From assembly GCA_022813865.1 (NCBI GenBank), contig JALDZX010000051.1, forward strand, positions 62,001 through 126,000: a DNA stretch of 64,000 nt, read 5' to 3'. The DNA comes from Xylographa opegraphella (lineage: Eukaryota). Below are positions 61,553 to 64,000 of the stretch, piece by piece. The stretch's first letter is position 1, and the number at the start of each line of letters is the position of its first letter. A model generated the notes under the pieces. The model had not been told where the DNA came from, made no database searches, and worked only from the letters and a program-made list of their open reading frames with translations. The position numbers and the translations under genes were made by a program.

Positions 61553-63495
61553 CAATGGTTAGTGTTCCCTGGGAACAGAGTATCGATTTCCTTGCGGCCA
61601 GCACAGTCGATGTACTCCCGGGAGGTGCAACATCCTATGGTAAATCAACGGATATTAAGCAAAACCAAGACTTCATTAACTAATAGAAAGTTTATCCTCG
61701 ACGTATCGGCAATTCTCCGCAAGATGTCACCTCATTCCACCCTGGACAGGCACTGTGGTCGAAGCGCAACTTGCCTGATATCTTTTATGTTCTGTGGCCG
61801 ACAAAAGAGTGGAAAAAGCACGCTTTCTCAAAACGTCCGGATAAGAAACGTGATCAAGCTGGAAATGTGGTGTGGGAATTGGAACCTGACGAAGGGCGGC
61901 AACCGCGAGCGTTGTTAGACTTCAAGATACTGCCAGACAAAATTGGCACAAACGAGGAACACGTATGTATTTATGAGACAAATGCATGCCATGCTGAACT
62001 CTGTGAAGGTCTTCTTCGAGCTCTGGAGGCGCCTGGACGGTCGAATTCGGTGGAGTGTGAGTAGTCAGAAGCTCCATAGCTCAATCATACTGAATTGTTG
62101 ATAGGATATTTTAATGCGCATGGAACGGGCGAATAGACCTAAAGCGAATGCTATCAATGTAAGCTCAAGCTGCTCGATCTCTTATCTCAATCTGATACAA
62201 AGCTATGAGATGAACGCAATTAGAGTCTGGAGACCTGCGCTCGGCCTCATAGCGTGGCATATCAGAGGTACTAAAAATGGGAGAGATACCCAACAACTCA
62301 AGATACTTGATCGCCTCACGCCTATGCAAAAAGCAGCCAACACAACACGTGGCTTGAGCCCTGGACTTATCGATCCGGCCCTGGGAGAAGCAGGAGGCAG
62401 GTGTGTAGTCAACCATGAGGATTGTATGCTTGAAATGACTAATACGTGGATAGAATTGCATGGCCAGCCCTCAAGGTAGGTCTTGGAGATCTAAAGAGAC
62501 AAGAGAATACAGAAGTCCCTTCCAGGGTGGAAAGTGATGATTACATCCCGGAACCACAAGAGTCTGATTACAAGGAAGATGGAGATGCTATGACAATGCC
62601 TACCAAACTCGATGAATCATTCAAACCATATTGTCAGATGGAATGCATAAATTATGCGTCAGGATTTAGCAAACACTTCATCCAAGGGGAAAGGCTCAAT
62701 AGCAAATACGTTCTCGACAACAGCTACCAAAGCATGGAAAACATTGTCGAAGGACCACTGTTGTACCAGAGAACCAACAATAGGGATACCGTAAGAGAGA
62801 AAGCCCTTGAAGCAGAAAAGGATCTTGAAGAAGAAGCAGACAAGGAGTACGAAATGATGCACAAACCTGTGGAATATGAGCTTGATTATGAAGTATCTCC
62901 TCATGACCATCATAGCTTTCGAGATAACTACCAAGCTTTGCGAGATAGCCATGAGGTGTATCATGGCGATATTCAAAGCCTTCATAACAGCCAAAGGAGC
63001 TTTCAAAATAACCATAACATTATTCGAAATGGTAATCGAGCCTACCCAGACCGCCATCAAGCGTTCCATGACGATAACGCGTTGCACGAACATCGGGCCT
63101 TCCACAACGGCCAGATCTCGCAAAACGCTCAAGTTTGGCAAGCCGAGCAAGTCATTCAACACGGGCAACAATCCTTTCAAGATCATCAAGGTTTCAAGGA
63201 TACCATGAGATGGAGTAAGGTGCCAATAACCAACGCTACAGCACGATCTGCGGTCTCTGAAACAACAGATCAGGACGCTAAAGAATTATGCGGTTATGAC
63301 ACGGGACCCGAGGTAAACGATGCAGAGAGTACTGGTTCAAAAAACATGGGTCCCACAACATCGATTGACGCACCAGTACTACCAAGTTGGTCATTCTCAC
63401 TCGATCAGGATTTGCCTCAATTACTAGAAAGGATGGCTACCAACGAGATCAAGCCTCTGAATTCCCATAGAAAGTTTGTATGTCAGACCTGTTAA
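61553..63495 (+). CDS. Multi-exon hypothetical protein: globular-looking N-half plus acidic and periodic H/Q/N-rich C-half; 5' end unresolved
   Basis: In-frame exon chain KVYPRR...NLPDIFYVLWP...LLDFKILPDKIGTNEEH | VFFELWRRLDGRIRWS | DILMRME...NTTRGLSPGLIDPALGEAGG | RIAWP..., using introns 61963-62008, 62057-62104 and 62401-62453. I could not put the upstream exons cleanly in frame. Confidence 0.6.
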
Positions 63496-64000
63496 TTTGA
63501 TCGTATGGTGCAATTGCTGATCGAACCGCCCATGCGCAGAAAACATCGACAGCGGGTACTCCGGCTCTTCAGGACTTTGACCTGCTTTTGTATCAAGAGA
63601 CAGTTGGAGGAACCCTTGCAGCAGCTGCTGCGGAATTCCGAGAATTTCAAGCCTGTGGACGTGGTTGTCGCCGGCGTCCCAGCTATTGACAGCATCTTTG
63701 TTGCCGGTGATGCTCCGGTTCGCAACTTAAGCATCACAGGAATAAATATACGCACTGGACTGAGAGAGGCTTCTTATAGGTTGTAGGTTTTCCACATATG
63801 ACCAGCAGGTCAGAGCTCGAGAGAGAATCTGTCATGTAAGGCCGGAAGGGTTCGTATTCAGAGTATCTCAATACGCGACGAACCTTGAGTGGTGACTTCT
63901 CTCTCTGATACGGATGTACTCGGTAGGTACCTGACGGCAGGCCTTGGCCATTGATGAACAAAAGATATATTGGTGTTTGTGAAAGTAAGATAGGTCTATA

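Overview
Gene-dense, intron-containing DNA from a filamentous ascomycete (Pezizomycotina; short GT-AG introns with CTAAC/CTGAC branch points). I can support about 20 protein-coding genes: CAF1/POP2, a copper amine oxidase, a small spliced gene missed by the ORF track, SEC72, an MFS transporter, SEC12, a SesA/HeLo-like-NB-ARC-TPR NLR, RIM1, a DUF4396-type protein, an NRPS-like A-T-R reductase, a DUF202 protein, a PDR-type ABC transporter, an aldo-keto reductase, a PTH11-like membrane protein, a GT8 glycosyltransferase, a CRIB-motif protein, alpha-actinin, an NRAMP, a CaCA exchanger and an unknown protein with a periodic H/Q/N tract. There are also two possible esterase relics and several short repeats. 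I recognised no rRNA, tRNA, CRISPR array or intact transposon. The main leads are: (1) a head-to-head NRAMP/CaCA pair in which both carriers have non-canonical ion-site motifs (DPDN plus TM3 E->Q; GAEWEE); (2) five high-GC islands that all switch from C-rich to G-rich at their centre, one with no credible gene; (3) the 7/6-residue periodic polar repeat protein; (4) the NLR sitting between housekeeping genes. All family calls come from motif recognition by eye, not database searches.
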